A DNA stretch of 64,000 nucleotides from Eledone cirrhosa (lineage: Eukaryota): contig OZ024746.1 of assembly GCA_964016885.1 (NCBI GenBank), positions 47,988,001 through 48,052,000 on the forward strand, read 5' to 3'. The position numbers and the translations under genes were made by a program. A model generated the notes under the pieces. It was not told where the DNA came from. It made no database searches and saw only the letters and a program-made list of their open reading frames with translations. Below are positions 48,571 to 64,000 of the stretch, piece after piece. Position 1 is the first letter of the stretch, and every line of letters begins with the position of its first letter.

Positions 48571-48815
48571 ATATACATATATATATATACATATATATAT
48601 ATACATATATATATACATATATATATATACATATATATATACATATATATATATACATATATATATATACATATATATATATACATATACATATATATAC
48701 ATATACATATATATATATACATACATACACATATATATACACGTGTATATATATATATATATATATAAACATATATATATATATATATAAACATATATAT
48801 ATATATATATATATA

Positions 48816-48869
<54 letters not shown>

Positions 48870-48927
48870 CATACATATGGTAATAATAATAAATTTGAAG
48901 ACTAATATATATATATATGTGTGTATA

Positions 48928-48967
<40 letters not shown>

Positions 48968-48968
48968 T

Positions 48969-49085
48969 GAAATCGTGAACGAGAGAGAATAAAGACCATC
49001 AAACCTGGTTGAAATGTGAGCAAGGAAGGAATTTCGCATTTCAACCAGGTTTGATGGTCTTTATTCTCTCTCGTTCACGATTTCA
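48969..49085. repeat. Perfect ~42-bp-arm hairpin at the start of an element ending ~49340
   Basis: GAAATCGTGAACGAGAGAGAATAAAGACCATCAAACCTGGTTGAAATG and its reverse complement. Confidence 0.75.
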
Positions 49086-49355
49086 CCGAACTTATATTCA
49101 TGGAAATTTTTAGACTTGACTCGCTCTTCCTCACTTTTCGTTGCTTCACCATGTTTGTTTACATTCTCACTGTTCCCTTTATTTACATGTCCCAACGACT
49201 TTCTTTAGCCGTTGCTCACACCAACCGGAGGTATATGGTCTTTAAAGCGAAGAAATACCGATGATGGTTGGAAGATCACTGATGAAGGACCACTTTATTC
49301 ATATGTAACCCATTTGAAACTCCGCAGCATGTTTATTCTTATATATATATATACA

Positions 49356-49398
<43 letters not shown>

Positions 49399-49402
<4 letters not shown>

Positions 49403-49940
49403 TGGAATAGAATGAAATGAAATTTCATTTCTCACTCTTAGTACGGCACTTACTTAAATGTAAGTATGTATGTATATCGCTAAACTGATACGTACATATA
49501 TATATGTGTGCCTGTATGTATATATATATACATGCTACTGTACGTCTGTATACATACATATTTATGTACGTATACATACATACTTTAAGTAAGTGCCGTA
49601 CTAAGAGTGAGAAATGAAATTTCGTTTCATTCTATTCCAATTTATCGTTTTCGGTGCGCCTGGCCGACTGAACTCACTCGATATGCAAATTAGGCTACTC
49701 AGCCGTTAATTTTCATAAGGAAAGTATATACTTTCGAACGTTCAACCATCTGGCAGAAGGGTATACGGTGCTGACGATAGCTAACAAGCTTGAAACTAGT
49801 ACATCGTTGCTGTGTCAGTGTTGAACAAAAAGGTGACGTGGTTGCCTTAACACCGTACGGCATAAATCAGGCTGTCCGTTTGTTTACAAACGAACAAAGC
49901 GAACATTATAATAAATGTTCGCTAAGCTGATACGTACATA
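49399..49940 (+). mobile_element. CTAG-family pseudo-LTR with inverted 5' arm
   Basis: 49399-49470 is inverted at 49575-49644; body is the reverse complement of 17950-18380. Confidence 0.72.
49766..49806 (+). ncRNA. Minimal type I hammerhead motif (CTAG family)
   Basis: CGGTG-CTGACGA-TAGCTAACAAGCTT-GAAA-CTAG-TA-CATCG. Confidence 0.75.
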
Positions 49941-49954
49941 TGTATGTGTGCCTG

Positions 49955-50023
<69 letters not shown>

Positions 50024-50072
50024 TACTGTACGTCTGTATACATATATGTATGTACGTATACATACATACTTA

Positions 50073-51685
50073 CATCATCATCATAAACGTTTAACGTCCG
50101 TGTTCCATGCTTGCATGGGTTTGGACGGGTTTTTCCCACTTGAGGCAAAAGTGATTGTCTTGCTCGCATAGGACTGTCTGGCAGGTTTTCTACAGTTGGA
50201 TGCCCTTCCTAACACCAACCACATTTACAGTGTGGGTCTGGGAGGTTTTTACCGTGTTGCTTACACGGCCACATTACAGCGTGGACTGTGTGTTTTTTGT
50301 CGTGACACCTACACGATCTCATTTGTTTCGGCGTGGATGGTGTGGCACCAACATAACTTTACATAGGAGGCGGTGTGGATGGGGTGGTGGTGGTGGGACG
50401 GGGGTGTATTTTGTTAGAGATTGTCTGACTGTAGTAGGTTTTACTATGTATTTAGGTAAGGCGGGTCTTCTCTATTACTGAGTACCGCCAAAGGTCTTGG
50501 TCCAATGACATTGTCTTGGAGAGGTGCAAGTGTGTGAGGTTGGAGTTTATCAGCACGTCCCAGGTTTTTCTAGGTCTGCCTATTCCGTGGCTACCGTCTA
50601 TCTTTATTGCCCTGCACTTTGTTATACAGCTATCGACTTTCATGCGCATCACGTGTCCATACCAACGTAGCCTTCTCTCGAGTAAACAACATCTGATCCC
50701 TCTTATTTCCAATTTTTTCCTTAGTTCGTTTATGCTTTGCTGTTCACGTATATTACTATTACACATCCAACGGAGCATGCAAGCTTCGTACCTCTCTAGT
50801 CTGCGTATATCCTCTGCACACAATGCCCAGGTCTCACTGCCATGCAACATTGCTGTTCGTATGCAGGCATCATACAACCTGCCTTTCATTTTTAGGGAGA
50901 ACCCTTTAGCGGCTAATAGTGGTATAAGCTCTCTGAACTTTTTCCATCCAGTTCTGACTCTAGCTACTGTACTTTCAGAGCACCCTCCCCCACTGCTGAT
51001 TTTGTCACCCAGGTAACGGAAGCTGTCCACTATTTCTATAGAGCCCTCTGTGCAGTTGAAAGAGCTAGTATTTTGTGGGCACTTGCTGCTACTTATTGCA
51101 CCAGAGCACCGGCCACATGTGAAATCTATGTACTTAGTTAGCTTACCTGTGATCCCACTACATCTTTTATGCACCCATACTTTGCATTTCTGACACAAAA
51201 TGGAGTTTCTACCTACGCCTTTCCTACACACTGAGCATGGCCACTTCCCGGAAAGGACCGCCGCCTTATTTTCTTTCCTACAAACTAGAACTTTGGTCTT
51301 AGCCAGATTAATTTTAAGGCCTTTTGATTCTAGGCCGTGCTTCCATGTTTGGAATTTCTTCTCTAGCTCGGCCATTGATTCAGCTATGAGTGTTAGGTCG
51401 TCTGCGTATAGGAGTTCCCATGGGCAGCCGGTCTTGAACTCCTCTGTTATAGCCTGAAGGGCAATAATAAATAGTAGGGGGCTCAGAACAGAGCCCTGAT
51501 GGACGCCAACTTTTACGCTAAACTCTTCACTATATTCGTTGTTAATTCTAACCTTACTGACTGTTTCTTTATACATGGCTTGTATAGCTCTCACAAGCCA
51601 TTCGTCGACACCTAGTTTTCTAAGAGCCCACCACATAATGGAACGGGGGACTCTGTCGAAGGCTTTCTCCAAGTCGACAACAGCT
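50073..51685 (-). mobile_element. 5'-truncated RTE LINE
   Basis: [32 protein letters not shown], Cys-rich domain; (GAT)n tail. Confidence 0.93.
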
Positions 51686-53324
<1,639 letters not shown>

Positions 53325-55020
53325 AATATAAGATCAAAAGATGGTTAAAGGAGTTCAATATATTTTATTATGCGCATTTCAAAAACAAACATCATCAAAC
53401 AATAATATTTGTGTTTTCATCAGATAAAACAGGAGAACATGATATGAAGGCTAAAAAAACACTTGTTGATAGTGCAGTTTTAAATCAACATATGAAAAGT
53501 GGTTTTAGATTGATGTGTGATATTGGGAAAAATATTTTATTTAGAGAGGGGGGGGAGAGAAAAGGATGAAAAGGGAAGGAGATGAGAGGGAGAGATGGGT
53601 GATAGAGAGAAAGAGATAGTTTTTATAACTGAGAGGAGATATATTTTATATAGAGGGGTTGAAAACCGTTGGAAGATACTGTATAAATTAAAAATTTTGA
53701 AAATTAACGAAGGGAGGATATGTGCGAGGAAAAAATATATTATATTTAGGGAGGGGGGGGGGTGGAAAGGATGAAAAAAAGGGGAGGAGATGAGAGTGAA
53801 GGTGGAAAGGGAGAGATGGGTGATAGAGAGAAAGAGATAGTTTTTATAACTGAGAAAAAGATATAATGTTTTAATATAGAGAGGTTGGGAACCGTTGGAA
53901 GATAATGTATAAATTAAAGGAATTTGAAAATTAACGAAGGGAAATTATGTATGAAGATAGAGAGAAAAAAATAATAATTGTGGGTGAATATTCTAACGTC
54001 AAAAGAAGAAATGTAGGAATTTTAAAATTAGCAAAGAGAAAAAGTTTATGTGTAGAAGGATTTGAGAAAAATAATGTGAAGTTAAAGTTTGTATATTGAA
54101 TTCATATGTATTAATAATGAGTTCGTTGATGGGGAGAAAAAAATAATAATAAATTAAGGATGAAATTGAGATTAAAAAGATTTATGATAAAAAATAATAA
54201 TGATTGCGGATGAATACTCAAAATGTCAAAAACAAATGTTATTGTTTTACGAGGAGATAGAATGAGGGTAATGAGTAAACGAGTATTATAGAGTGTATAA
54301 TGCCCTTTAAAGTAAGGTAGATGGGTATATTTTAAAGAATATATGAGTATATATTAAAAAAAATATATAATAATAAATTAAGGATGAAATTGAGATTAAA
54401 AAGATTTATGATAGAGAGAAAAAATAATAATGATTGCGGATGAATATTCAAAATGTCAAAAACAAATGTTATTGTTTTACGAGAAGATAGAATGAGGGTA
54501 ATGAGTAAACGAGTATTATAGAGTGTATAATGCCCTTTAAAGTAAGGTAGATGGGTATATTTTAAAGAGGTGTATGTATATGTGCCTTTGAGAAAAGATT
54601 CTAAATTGATAAAGAATTGAATATTAACTGTATACTTTGTGAAAAGTTCTATGGAATTTATGCAGGCAGATGGAAAACAAATCCGAGCGTCTATTTATTA
54701 TGGATTCTAGGTTAGAGATAATGGTAAATTTTTCATTTAGGCAGAGATTACAGATTTTAGATAGAGAGCTGTTCAAGTACGAGGATGCAGAAGAAATCTT
54801 TTTCCAAAAGATGTTATATTTAATGTTTTTGTCTTTTAAGGACCATAAGAGTTCTGAGAGAGCAGTGTTAGTTCTTTTAAGTTTGTATTTGAAAGATGAA
54901 TGATGATTATAGAGACGAGCTTTAAAAGAGGTGGAAGTGGAGCCAAAATAGGTGAAGGAATTGGTGCTAGTTATAATTTTACATTCATAAATTAAGTTAT
55001 CGAGGCAATGGTTGTTGAGG
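53325..55020 (-). mobile_element. 5'-truncated PLE: GIY-YIG C-terminus, ~1.2-kb 3' region with internal duplications, terminal pseudo-LTR
   Basis: [53 protein letters not shown] at 54624-55020; ends in a TGCGCA-family pseudo-LTR. Confidence 0.85.
53363..53429 (-). ncRNA. Minimal type I hammerhead motif (TGCGCA family)
   Basis: Reverse complement of 30245-30311. Confidence 0.78.
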
Positions 55021-55070
55021 CAATATATATATATACATATATATATATACACATATATATATCTATATAT

Positions 55071-55109
<39 letters not shown>

Positions 55110-55133
55110 TATATATATACACATATATATATC

Positions 55134-55209
<76 letters not shown>

Positions 55210-55396
55210 TATATACACATATATATATACACATATATATATATATACACATATATATATATACACATATATACATATATATATATATACACATATATAT
55301 ATATATACACATATATGTATATATATACACATATATATATATATATATACATAAATATATACACATATATAATTATATACACATATATATATATAT

Positions 55397-55443
<47 letters not shown>

Positions 55444-55520
55444 TATATATACACATATATATATATACACATATATATATATATATACACATATATATAA
55501 ATATATACACATATATAAAT

Positions 55521-58499
55521 ATGCTAGAGCGAAAGGAAGTTGATGTATGCTGTGTGCAAGAGACTAGATGGAGAGGAGGGTCTGCTAGAGTCCTTGTAGG
55601 AAAAAGCCAGTGCTACAAATTTTTCTGGGTGGGAAATGACGATGGGATGGGTGGTGTAGGTATACTATTAGCTGACAAGTGGGTAGATAAAGTAATCTCA
55701 GTGTACAGGGTAAATGCAAGAATCATTAAACTCAGACTAGTCCTGAATAAGACAATTACCACAATAATATCAGCTTACGCACCCCAATCGGGGCTGCCAG
55801 ACGAACTTAAGGATAGGTTTTACGAGTCCCTAATACACACTACTGCTCTAACAGACGACAAGGACTTCCTAATCATTGCAGGAGATTTTAACGGACACGT
55901 AGGTAAACACTGCGACGGCTTCAATAGAGTACATGGAGGCCATGGAGTTGGCACAAGGAATGAGGAAGGATTCAGACTTCTAGAATTCTGCGACGCCAAT
56001 GACATGTCGATATGTAACACAAACTTTAAAAAACCCGACAACCACCTGATCACCTATAGATCAGGGGAGCACTCTAGTCAGTTAGATTTTATCCTCATCA
56101 GAGGACGTGACAGATGGACGGTCGTAAACACAAAAGCCTTCCCTAGTGAGGAATGTACATCCCAACATAGCTTAGTTGTCAGCGACCTCACGGTCAGAAC
56201 TAGACGAGCCCTGAAACAGAGGCCAACCTGGAGAAGAAAGATCTGGAAGCTGAAAGTCCCCTCAACCAGTAACAGATTTAAAGATATTTTACTCAACGCC
56301 TACGACAGTAAAGAAGAACAGATACAGACATTTAACGTAGAAGAGAACTGGGAGTTCCTAAAAAATAACTTACTAGAGGCGACGGATGAGGTTTGTGGCT
56401 GGAGTAAGACCTCAAGCAGGAGGAGAGTGACTTGGTGGTGGAACAATAAGGTAGATGAAGCAGTCAAGGCCAAGAGACAGGCATGGAAAGAATGGAAGAA
56501 CGGGGGGAGCAGGGTACATTACATAGAGACCAAGAGGGAAGCTAGGCGACAAGTATACTTAGCTAGGAGGGAAGCAGAGGATAGAAAATTCAAGCATGTT
56601 TTACAACGTGAGGACCAGAAACAGGAGGTATTCAAGATTGCGAGGCAGTGTGTCAGAGATAGTTGTGATGTCATTGGAGAGAAGTGTATCCGGAATGATA
56701 AAGGTGAGCTTGCCCTCACAAGTGCTGAGAAGAAAGATGCATGGAAGAGTCATTATGATAGATTACTAAATGAGGAGAATGCATGGGAAGAAGAGACCCT
56801 ACCCCACGTAGACCCTATAGAGGGACCAGCAGTACAAGTCAGCGGCAGCGTAGTAAGTAAGGCAATCAGAGATATGAAGATAGGGAAGGCAACCGGTCCA
56901 TCGGGTATAGCTGCCGAGATGCTGAAGGCATCTGGGTCTGTAGGTCACACTATAACCACACGTATCGTTAACCAGGTAATACTAGAGGGGGCCATACCAA
57001 AAGATTGGTGCAGTAGCATCATTGTCAACTGCTACAAAGGTAAAGGCGATGCACTAGATAGAGGAAACTATAGAGGTATAAAGTTGATGGACCAGGTCAT
57101 GAAAGTAACAGAAAGAGTTATAGCACAGCTGATTAGGGACCGGGTGAATATAGACGAGATGCAATTTGGGTTTGTTCCAGGGAAAGGCACCACTGATGCG
57201 CTCTTCCTTGTGAGGCAATTACAGGAAAAGTACCTAGCTAAAAGTAAGCCACTCTACTTGGCATTTGTCGACCTTGAGAAAGCCTTTGACAGAGTTCCAC
57301 GTGCAGTAATCTGGTGGGCTCTTAGAAAACTAGGAGTAGATGAATGGCTTGTGAAAGCGGTACAAGCCATGTATAGGGGAGCAGTCAGCAAAGTTAGGAT
57401 TGGCAATGAGTATAGCGAGGAATTTAGCGTACAGGTTGGGGTCCACCAGGGCTCTGTTCTTAGCCCTCTCCTGTTCATCATAGTCCTGCAGGCAATAACG
57501 GAGGAGTTTAAGACCGGATGCCCATGGGAACTCCTGTATGCTGATGACCTCGCACTCATAGCTGAATCTATGGTAGAACTAGAGAATAAATTCCAAACCT
57601 GGAAGCAGGGACTAGAGAGAAAGGGCCTCAAAGTCAACATGACAAAGACTAAGGTCCTTATAAGTAGACGAGAAAACAGAACCCAGATCCCCTCAGGGAA
57701 ATGGCCTTGCTCAGTATGTAGGAAAGGTGTAGGTAGGAACTCCATTCTTTGCCCCAAATGCAAACAATGGGTACACAAGAGATGTAGCGGGATCTCAGGA
57801 AGCTTAATTAAGAATGTAGGATTCACATGCAGCAGCTGTGCTGAAACAGCAAGCAAACAGCCACAGGAAACAAGTACCACCAATCTCTGGGAGGGCCCTG
57901 TAGAAACAGTAGACAGCTTCTGCTACCTAGGTGACCGAATTAGCAACGGAGGTGGGTGCTCAGAAAGTACAATAACTAGGGTAAGAACGGGATGGAAGAA
58001 GTTTAGGGAACTACTACCACTGCTAGCTGCAAAAGGCTTCTCCCTCAGAATGAAAGGCAGACTGTATGATGCGTGTATCCGAACAGCGATGTTGCATGGT
58101 AGTGAGACCTGGGCGCTGAAGGTGGAAGACTTACGTAGATTAGAGAGAAACGAAGCCTGCATGCTCCGATGGATGTGTAACAGTAATATACGTGAACGAC
58201 AAAGCATAAATGAATTGAGAGAGAGACTGAGCATAAGAGGAATCAAATGCTGCGTGCAGGAGAGGCGGTTACGCTGGTATGGACATGTGATGCGTATGAA
58301 GGATGACAGCTGCATAAAAAGGTGCAGAGCACTAGAAGTTGATGGAAACCGCGGAGTGGGGAGACCCAAGATGACTTGGGATGAGGTGATAAAAGCCGAC
58401 CTTACCCAACTACACCTCTCAAAGTCAATGACACACGACCGTGACTTCTGGCGTCACGCAGTAATACAGGGTACCCGACCTCCCATGGGTACATGCTGA
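55521..58499 (+). CDS. RTE LINE ORF (APE, RT, Cys-rich domain), slightly 5'-truncated, frame intact
   Basis: [27 protein letters not shown] (APE); [33 protein letters not shown] (RT). 3'UTR with (GAT)n tail runs to ~58802. Confidence 0.95.
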   Translation: MLERKEVDVCCVQETRWRGGSARVLVGKSQCYKFFWVGNDDGMGGVGILLADKWVDKVISVYRVNARIIKLRLVLNKTITTIISAYAPQSGLPDELKDRFYESLIHTTALTDDKDFLIIAGDFNGHVGKHCDGFNRVHGGHGVGTRNEEGFRLLEFCDANDMSICNTNFKKPDNHLITYRSGEHSSQLDFILIRGRDRWTVVNTKAFPSEECTSQHSLVVSDLTVRTRRALKQRPTWRRKIWKLKVPSTSNRFKDILLNAYDSKEEQIQTFNVEENWEFLKNNLLEATDEVCGWSKTSSRRRVTWWWNNKVDEAVKAKRQAWKEWKNGGSRVHYIETKREARRQVYLARREAEDRKFKHVLQREDQKQEVFKIARQCVRDSCDVIGEKCIRNDKGELALTSAEKKDAWKSHYDRLLNEENAWEEETLPHVDPIEGPAVQVSGSVVSKAIRDMKIGKATGPSGIAAEMLKASGSVGHTITTRIVNQVILEGAIPKDWCSSIIVNCYKGKGDALDRGNYRGIKLMDQVMKVTERVIAQLIRDRVNIDEMQFGFVPGKGTTDALFLVRQLQEKYLAKSKPLYLAFVDLEKAFDRVPRAVIWWALRKLGVDEWLVKAVQAMYRGAVSKVRIGNEYSEEFSVQVGVHQGSVLSPLLFIIVLQAITEEFKTGCPWELLYADDLALIAESMVELENKFQTWKQGLERKGLKVNMTKTKVLISRRENRTQIPSGKWPCSVCRKGVGRNSILCPKCKQWVHKRCSGISGSLIKNVGFTCSSCAETASKQPQETSTTNLWEGPVETVDSFCYLGDRISNGGGCSESTITRVRTGWKKFRELLPLLAAKGFSLRMKGRLYDACIRTAMLHGSETWALKVEDLRRLERNEACMLRWMCNSNIRERQSINELRERLSIRGIKCCVQERRLRWYGHVMRMKDDSCIKRCRALEVDGNRGVGRPKMTWDEVIKADLTQLHLSKSMTHDRDFWRHAVIQGTRPPMGTC

Positions 58500-58862
58500 A
58501 GCATATAAACAATATGCCCCCCCCCCCCACCGCAAGGTGGTCGTGGAGGTGCCACGGCAAAAAAGCACCCAGCCCACACTGTAAAGTGGACGTGTAGGCG
58601 CCACGAAAAAGCACCCAGCACTCACTGTAAATGAGGTTGGTGTTAGGAAGGGCATCCAGCTGTAGAAATCAAGCCAGATCAGTTCCTGTATGAGCAAGGC
58701 ATGGTCAGCCGACCAGACACTGCCCACAACAGGACAACCCGTCTAACCCATGCTAGCGTGGAAGAACGGACGTAAAACGGTGATGATGATGATGATGATG
58801 ATACACATATATAAATATATACACATATATAAATATATACACATATATATATATATATACAC

Positions 58863-58893
<31 letters not shown>

Positions 58894-58904
58894 TATATAT
58901 ACAC

Positions 58905-58935
<31 letters not shown>

Positions 58936-59039
58936 TATAAATATATACACATATATATAAGTATATACACATATATATATATATATATACACATATATAT
59001 ATGTGTATAGATATACATATATGTGTATAGACCCGCCAG

Positions 59040-59263
59040 ACAGTCCACGCTGTAATGTGGCCGTGTAGGCAACACGGTAAAAACCTCCCAGCCCCACACT
59101 GTAAATGTGGTTGGTGTTAGGAAGGGCATCCAACTGTAGAAAACCCGCCAGACAGTCCTATGCGAGCAAGACAACCACTCTTGCCTCAAGTGGGAAAACC
59201 CCCGTCCAAACCCATGCAAGCGTGGAACACGGACGCTAAACCTGATGATGATGATGATGATGA
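59040..59263 (+). mobile_element. RTE 3'UTR fragment with (GAT)n tail
   Basis: Near-identical to 21510-21735. Confidence 0.85.
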
Positions 59264-59279
59264 TATGTGTATATATATC

Positions 59280-60377
59280 TATATTGTTTACGGACCCGGT
59301 CTGTATTACTGGGGTTGTACCCTTTAAGGGTAAGGAGCCCATCATCACGGTACAATCCACCGCCGAATGCAGGAAACATATCGGTGAGTTTAACTAGTAG
59401 GAATAATCCTATAAGATCTGTGACCTCCGCCGAATCCGTGGCGTGCATGCTGACGTCGAAGGGTGAGTCGCGAGTTCTCTTTATCCATTTGGAGTTGTCA
59501 AAAAGTAGGACTGTCTTCCTGGCGTGGAGGATGATATTTCTTTCCTGGTCAGTAATGGGCGCAACTGTCTCGGCGAAGTCTAAGGCAGCCGTAAGGAGTG
59601 GTAAGGTAATTGAAGCATAGTAACTCTCTATGTCAAACTGGATGAATTTGGTGTCTCGTTTGTCCTCCATATTGCTGAACCATGAGATTACTTCCTGGGT
59701 GTTGACCCATAGGCTAAGTCTGGCGTTTTGCTTAACTTTTGGTATAACGCGGTCTAGGATTTTTTTGCTGATTCTCCCTATGTCGGACTTCGTTGGGTTT
59801 ATAAGCCTGATAGAAGGTTTACAGTCAAAATCGGATTTGTGGTCCTTCAGTGTGAAGTAGGGTGTCCGTGGGCCTAGGGGTTCCGTGCGGTCGGCGACCC
59901 CGAGGCTGGAGGTAATTTGTTGTCCATCTCGATTTATGTCCTCGATGCACGAGTGGTTAGCCTTTTTATAGGTGGAGTTTAGGCTGCTCCTGATCAGTGT
60001 GTGGTATCTGTCGGGGTTGATGAAATAGAGGTTACCAGTTTTATCCAAGTGCACCATGATGTCATTGGTGTTATCATACTCTGTTAAGTTGCTACAGAGT
60101 TTTTGTAGGAATCTGTTGTGTCTGGGTTTGAATTTAATGTTCTTGACCAGTTGGAAAAGGTGAGAGCATAGGGTTCGGAGGGGGAGATTTGTATGTATTA
60201 AATCCGAATCTCTCCTTGGTACCGAAGTCCTGATTGTTGCAATATCTGTCGTAGAAAAAAGTTCTCCATCTAAGTCTTTTCGCAAAGAGGTCGATTTTTT
60301 GCGTGAGCATCCGAAGGTAAATTTTCTTTCGGTGGAACTGGGATGTTCTTGGTGGAGAAGTCGATGTGTTTTCGCAT
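59280..60377 (-). pseudogene. PLE reverse transcriptase N-terminal half, frameshifted, broken after YRDD
   Basis: MRKHIDFSTKNIPVPP in one frame; [49 protein letters not shown] in another. Confidence 0.85.
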
Positions 60378-60548
60378 GGTGCAGGGGAAAGAACTTGAGC
60401 TTAGCGGAAAAGTTTGGATACGGAGTGGTAGGGTCGGAAAGTGGTCTACTACGGGAATAGGAGCTAGATAACGAAGGAACCAGATGACCATCACGCACCA
60501 AAGTACTCAATACTTAGGGTAGTAGAGTGGGTAATAGGAACGAGTAGG

Positions 60549-60644
60549 ACCCCGACGGCTGAGCTCAAGCCGTTTCGACGGCTAATTCTGGACTAAATGA
60601 AAATTTTTATCCTGGTACATGAATAGCCAAGCTTCTCAGGGGAT
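60549..60644 (-). ncRNA. Type I hammerhead motif upstream of the PLE RT (core CTGAGAA)
   Basis: ATCCC-CTGAGAA-[GGCTA..TAGCC]-GAAA-CGGCT(TGAGCTC)AGCCG-TC-GGGGT. Confidence 0.6.
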
Positions 60645-61229
60645 AGTTCCATATATGGTAAAGTGATTGTCACAAGGATTGTGCTTTAGATTCTCGTATA
60701 TCAGTATCTATTTTTTTTTCGGGTTGGGGGGAAGAGATTCTGAATTATTTGTCCGTATCAAATTTTTCATATATATCATACGAGCATCGATGTAGTTTGT
60801 GTTAGAATTTTTGTATCGTAGCGGCACCCTTATATATAGTATTAGTATTCTTTTTCGGGATTCTGAATTATTATCTCGTATTAGTTTCGGGACTCTGAAT
60901 TATTATTTCGTAGTAGTTTCTCTAGTATTTTGGCCCCTTACTTGTTGACCCGTCACTAAGATAGATTCGGTAGATTACTACTAACTCATAAAATTCTCTC
61001 ACTACAATTCCAACACAGCTAGTAAACTTCACTATAGTTTAGCAGTACCAGTGAGAGACTTGATGATGGTGGTAAGGGAATAGTAACCAAAAATTGTTTT
61101 TTATATTTTTAACATTCTTATTATTCTTATATATATTTACTCCATATTGATTTACTTACCGTTTCTACTTCCTCCCCCTCCCTAGTATACTTTCTTCACC
61201 TCCTGCCCTTAGGATCCTGCTGTGGTTGG

Positions 61230-61580
61230 CACTATCAACGCATGGCTGGGTTTCCTCCACTCCTTCTTTCTTCTACTGGCAGGTTCAGCTACACCTTCCT
61301 TCCACAAATTGCCATGATAGAATTAAGTGTCTCAACAACAAACTTTTGACCAATCCTTGTGACAATCACTTTTACCATATATGGAATTACCCCTTGAGAA
61401 GCTCGGCTATTCATATACCAGGATAAAAATTTTCATTTAGTCCAGAATTAGCCGTCGAAACGGCTTGAGCTCAGCTGTCGGGGTCCTACTCGTTCCTATT
61501 ACCCACTCTACTACCCTAAGTATTGAGTACTTTGGTGCGTTATGGTCCATCTGGTTCCTTACCACATTTCCTTCGTTATA
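61230..61580 (+). mobile_element. Inverted pseudo-LTR of the PLE at 59280-60680
   Basis: 61345-61558 is the reverse complement of 60474-60680. Confidence 0.8.
61389..61484 (+). ncRNA. Type I hammerhead motif with U3-A8 core
   Basis: ACCCC-TTGAGAA-GCTCGGCTA..TAGCCGTC-GAAA-CGGCT(TGAGCTC)AGCTG-TC-GGGGT. Confidence 0.7.
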
Positions 61581-61883
61581 TATATATATATGTATATATA
61601 TACACATATATATATATACACACACATATATATATACACAAACACATATATATATATATACATATACACACACATATATATATACATATACACATATATA
61701 TATACATATACACATATGTATATACATATACATATACACATATATATATACATATACACATATACACATATATATATACATATATATATACACACATATA
61801 TATACATATATATATACACACACACACACATATTTACATACACACACACACATATATATACACATATATATACACACATATAT

Positions 61884-61924
<41 letters not shown>

Positions 61925-61941
61925 TATACACACATATATAT

Positions 61942-61988
<47 letters not shown>

Positions 61989-62458
61989 TATATCATCTTC
62001 GTTTCACGTCCATTTTCCACGCTAGCATGGTAAGTATATACATATCTTTGTATGTATATATGTATACACCAATTGATGATGAAAGAGGATTGCAGCAAAG
62101 ATATTTAAATATGAATGCTAGCTTGCAAACTATGAAGCATCTAAAGAGAGTTTTAAAGCTGTTATAGCAAGCAATACTAATGACATATCATTAATTTATT
62201 CCAATAAACATAAATTGGCTCCAAAACTAAATCGTCTAAAATAGGGAGGTGGGGGAGGGGGGGGGGTTAACACCATTCCAACAGAAAATTCAATATAGCA
62301 GAGAACGATTTATCTCAGAAAATTAATACTACTTTTAATATATTTTTCTTGTTTGTTGAAATATTTTCCAAAATAACATAATACGACAGGCTTTTGTTTG
62401 AATAGTTGAAGATGTGTAAAAGTAATTATATATATTTACATACGTACGTACGTATGTA

Positions 62459-62503
<45 letters not shown>

Positions 62504-62565
62504 ATACATACATACATATACATACACATATATATAATTACTTTTACACATCATCAACTTTGTAT

Positions 62566-63173
62566 GTCAGGTCACCAGTTGGTGCTACTGGTAACATGTA
62601 TCCCAGTACAACCTGTCTCATGGTCGGGTCGTTGGCGACTAAACTGGCAACCCCACCAAGGTTTTTTGGTGAGGAGGGTGACTTTGGACATCCTGCAGGA
62701 CTAAAAACAAAACCTGTCAAAGGGCAAAGGAGCTCTTAAGAGTCAATGGTCATCCAAAATCACCGGGAGTGATGACCCCTTAGCCTTTGTCAAAGCAGAA
62801 TTCTAGGAGAAGGAAAACTCTGATATAACACCTGCAACCCTGATGGTATCCAATGATGTTGACTTGTTCTTCTTTTTGGTAAATATCATCTTGGTTAAGA
62901 GAGTGGGACTGGCTTTGTGCAGTGCCTTTGCTCACTATAAAAGCTTCACGGCACAGGCATTACTTTATATCTGGAGATCTCTCTGCACTTGTCGTCACAT
63001 GGTACCATGGGCTCAGCACTATGTGTCAATAATTGTCACAAGTGTAGTGTTTGTACCAGAGTTTTCAAGTCGCTGGCTGGACTAAAAAGTCACACTTGCT
63101 CAGCGCATCGGTAGGGGTTCTCCTACATGGATATAAAGTAGTGGCCGTACTCGAAAACGAGTTGGCAGCCACC
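62566..63173 (+). mobile_element. RTE-derived non-autonomous element, copy 4
   Basis: Near-identical to 1986-2593. Confidence 0.8.
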
Positions 63174-63307
63174 ATATATATATATATATATATATAAGTA
63201 TATATATATATATTTATATATATATATACACATATGCATGTGTGTATACATATATACACATACATATATACATATATATATTCATATATACATATATATA
63301 TATATTC

Positions 63308-63339
<32 letters not shown>

Positions 63340-63510
63340 TCATATATATATATATATATATTCATATATACATATATACATATTCATATATACATATATA
63401 CATATATATACATATATATTCATATATACATATATATTCATATATACATATACATATATACATATATATATATATTCATATATACATATATTCATATATA
63501 CATATATTCA

Positions 63511-63543
<33 letters not shown>

Positions 63544-63564
63544 TCATATATACATATATTCATA

Positions 63565-63596
<32 letters not shown>

Positions 63597-63882
63597 CATA
63601 TATATATATATACATATATATATATATTCATATATATATATATTCATATATATATATACATATATATATATACATATATATATATATTCATATATACATA
63701 TATTCATATATACATATATTCATATATATATACATATATATTCATATATACATACATATATATATATTCATATATACATATATACATATATTCATATATA
63801 TACATATATATATATATATTCATATATTCATATATACATATATACATATTCATATATTCATATATATATATATATATATATA
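63174..63882. repeat. (TA)n array with TATTCATA units
   Basis: Direct reading. Confidence 0.95.
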
Positions 63883-64000
63883 TCATCATCATCATTTTCC
63901 CAAAAAGAAGAAATGGTTTACATCATTGTATGCAAACGCTGTTAGAGGTTTTATTATATCAGAGTGACTTTCACCTAGAGAGATGTCTTAATGAAAACAA

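Larger units (their letters stand above)
42380..48968. repeat. Interrupted (TA)n/(TACA)n/(CA)n arrays with embedded elements
   Basis: Direct reading. Confidence 0.95.

Noticed and set aside
49285-49330. CTGATGA...GAAA
   Set aside because: No convincing helix I, II or III.

Overview
Eukaryotic, AT-rich, repeat-saturated DNA. An octopus/cephalopod-like origin is inferred from the repeat content and is not proven. The only host coding sequence I can support is one 111-bp minus-strand exon of a Na+/Ca2+ exchanger (NCX/SLC8A; 34234-34344), so most or all of the window is probably intronic. A large share of the window is interrupted (TA)n microsatellite, which accounts for nearly all YI-rich ORFs in the track. 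Embedded in these arrays are RTE and CR1/L2-group LINEs, four copies of a ~605-bp RTE-derived non-autonomous element, an internally deleted Helitron, and many Penelope-like element (PLE) fragments and solo pseudo-LTRs, often as foldbacks. The main non-obvious signal is about 14 readable type I hammerhead ribozyme motifs from about 7 PLE pseudo-LTR families. Five families have their own palindromic helix III, and one has a covarying U3-A8 catalytic core. A second signal is a window-wide strand bias of microsatellite interruptions (T>C on +, i.e. A>G on the host sense strand). Coordinates were read by eye and may be off by a few bases.
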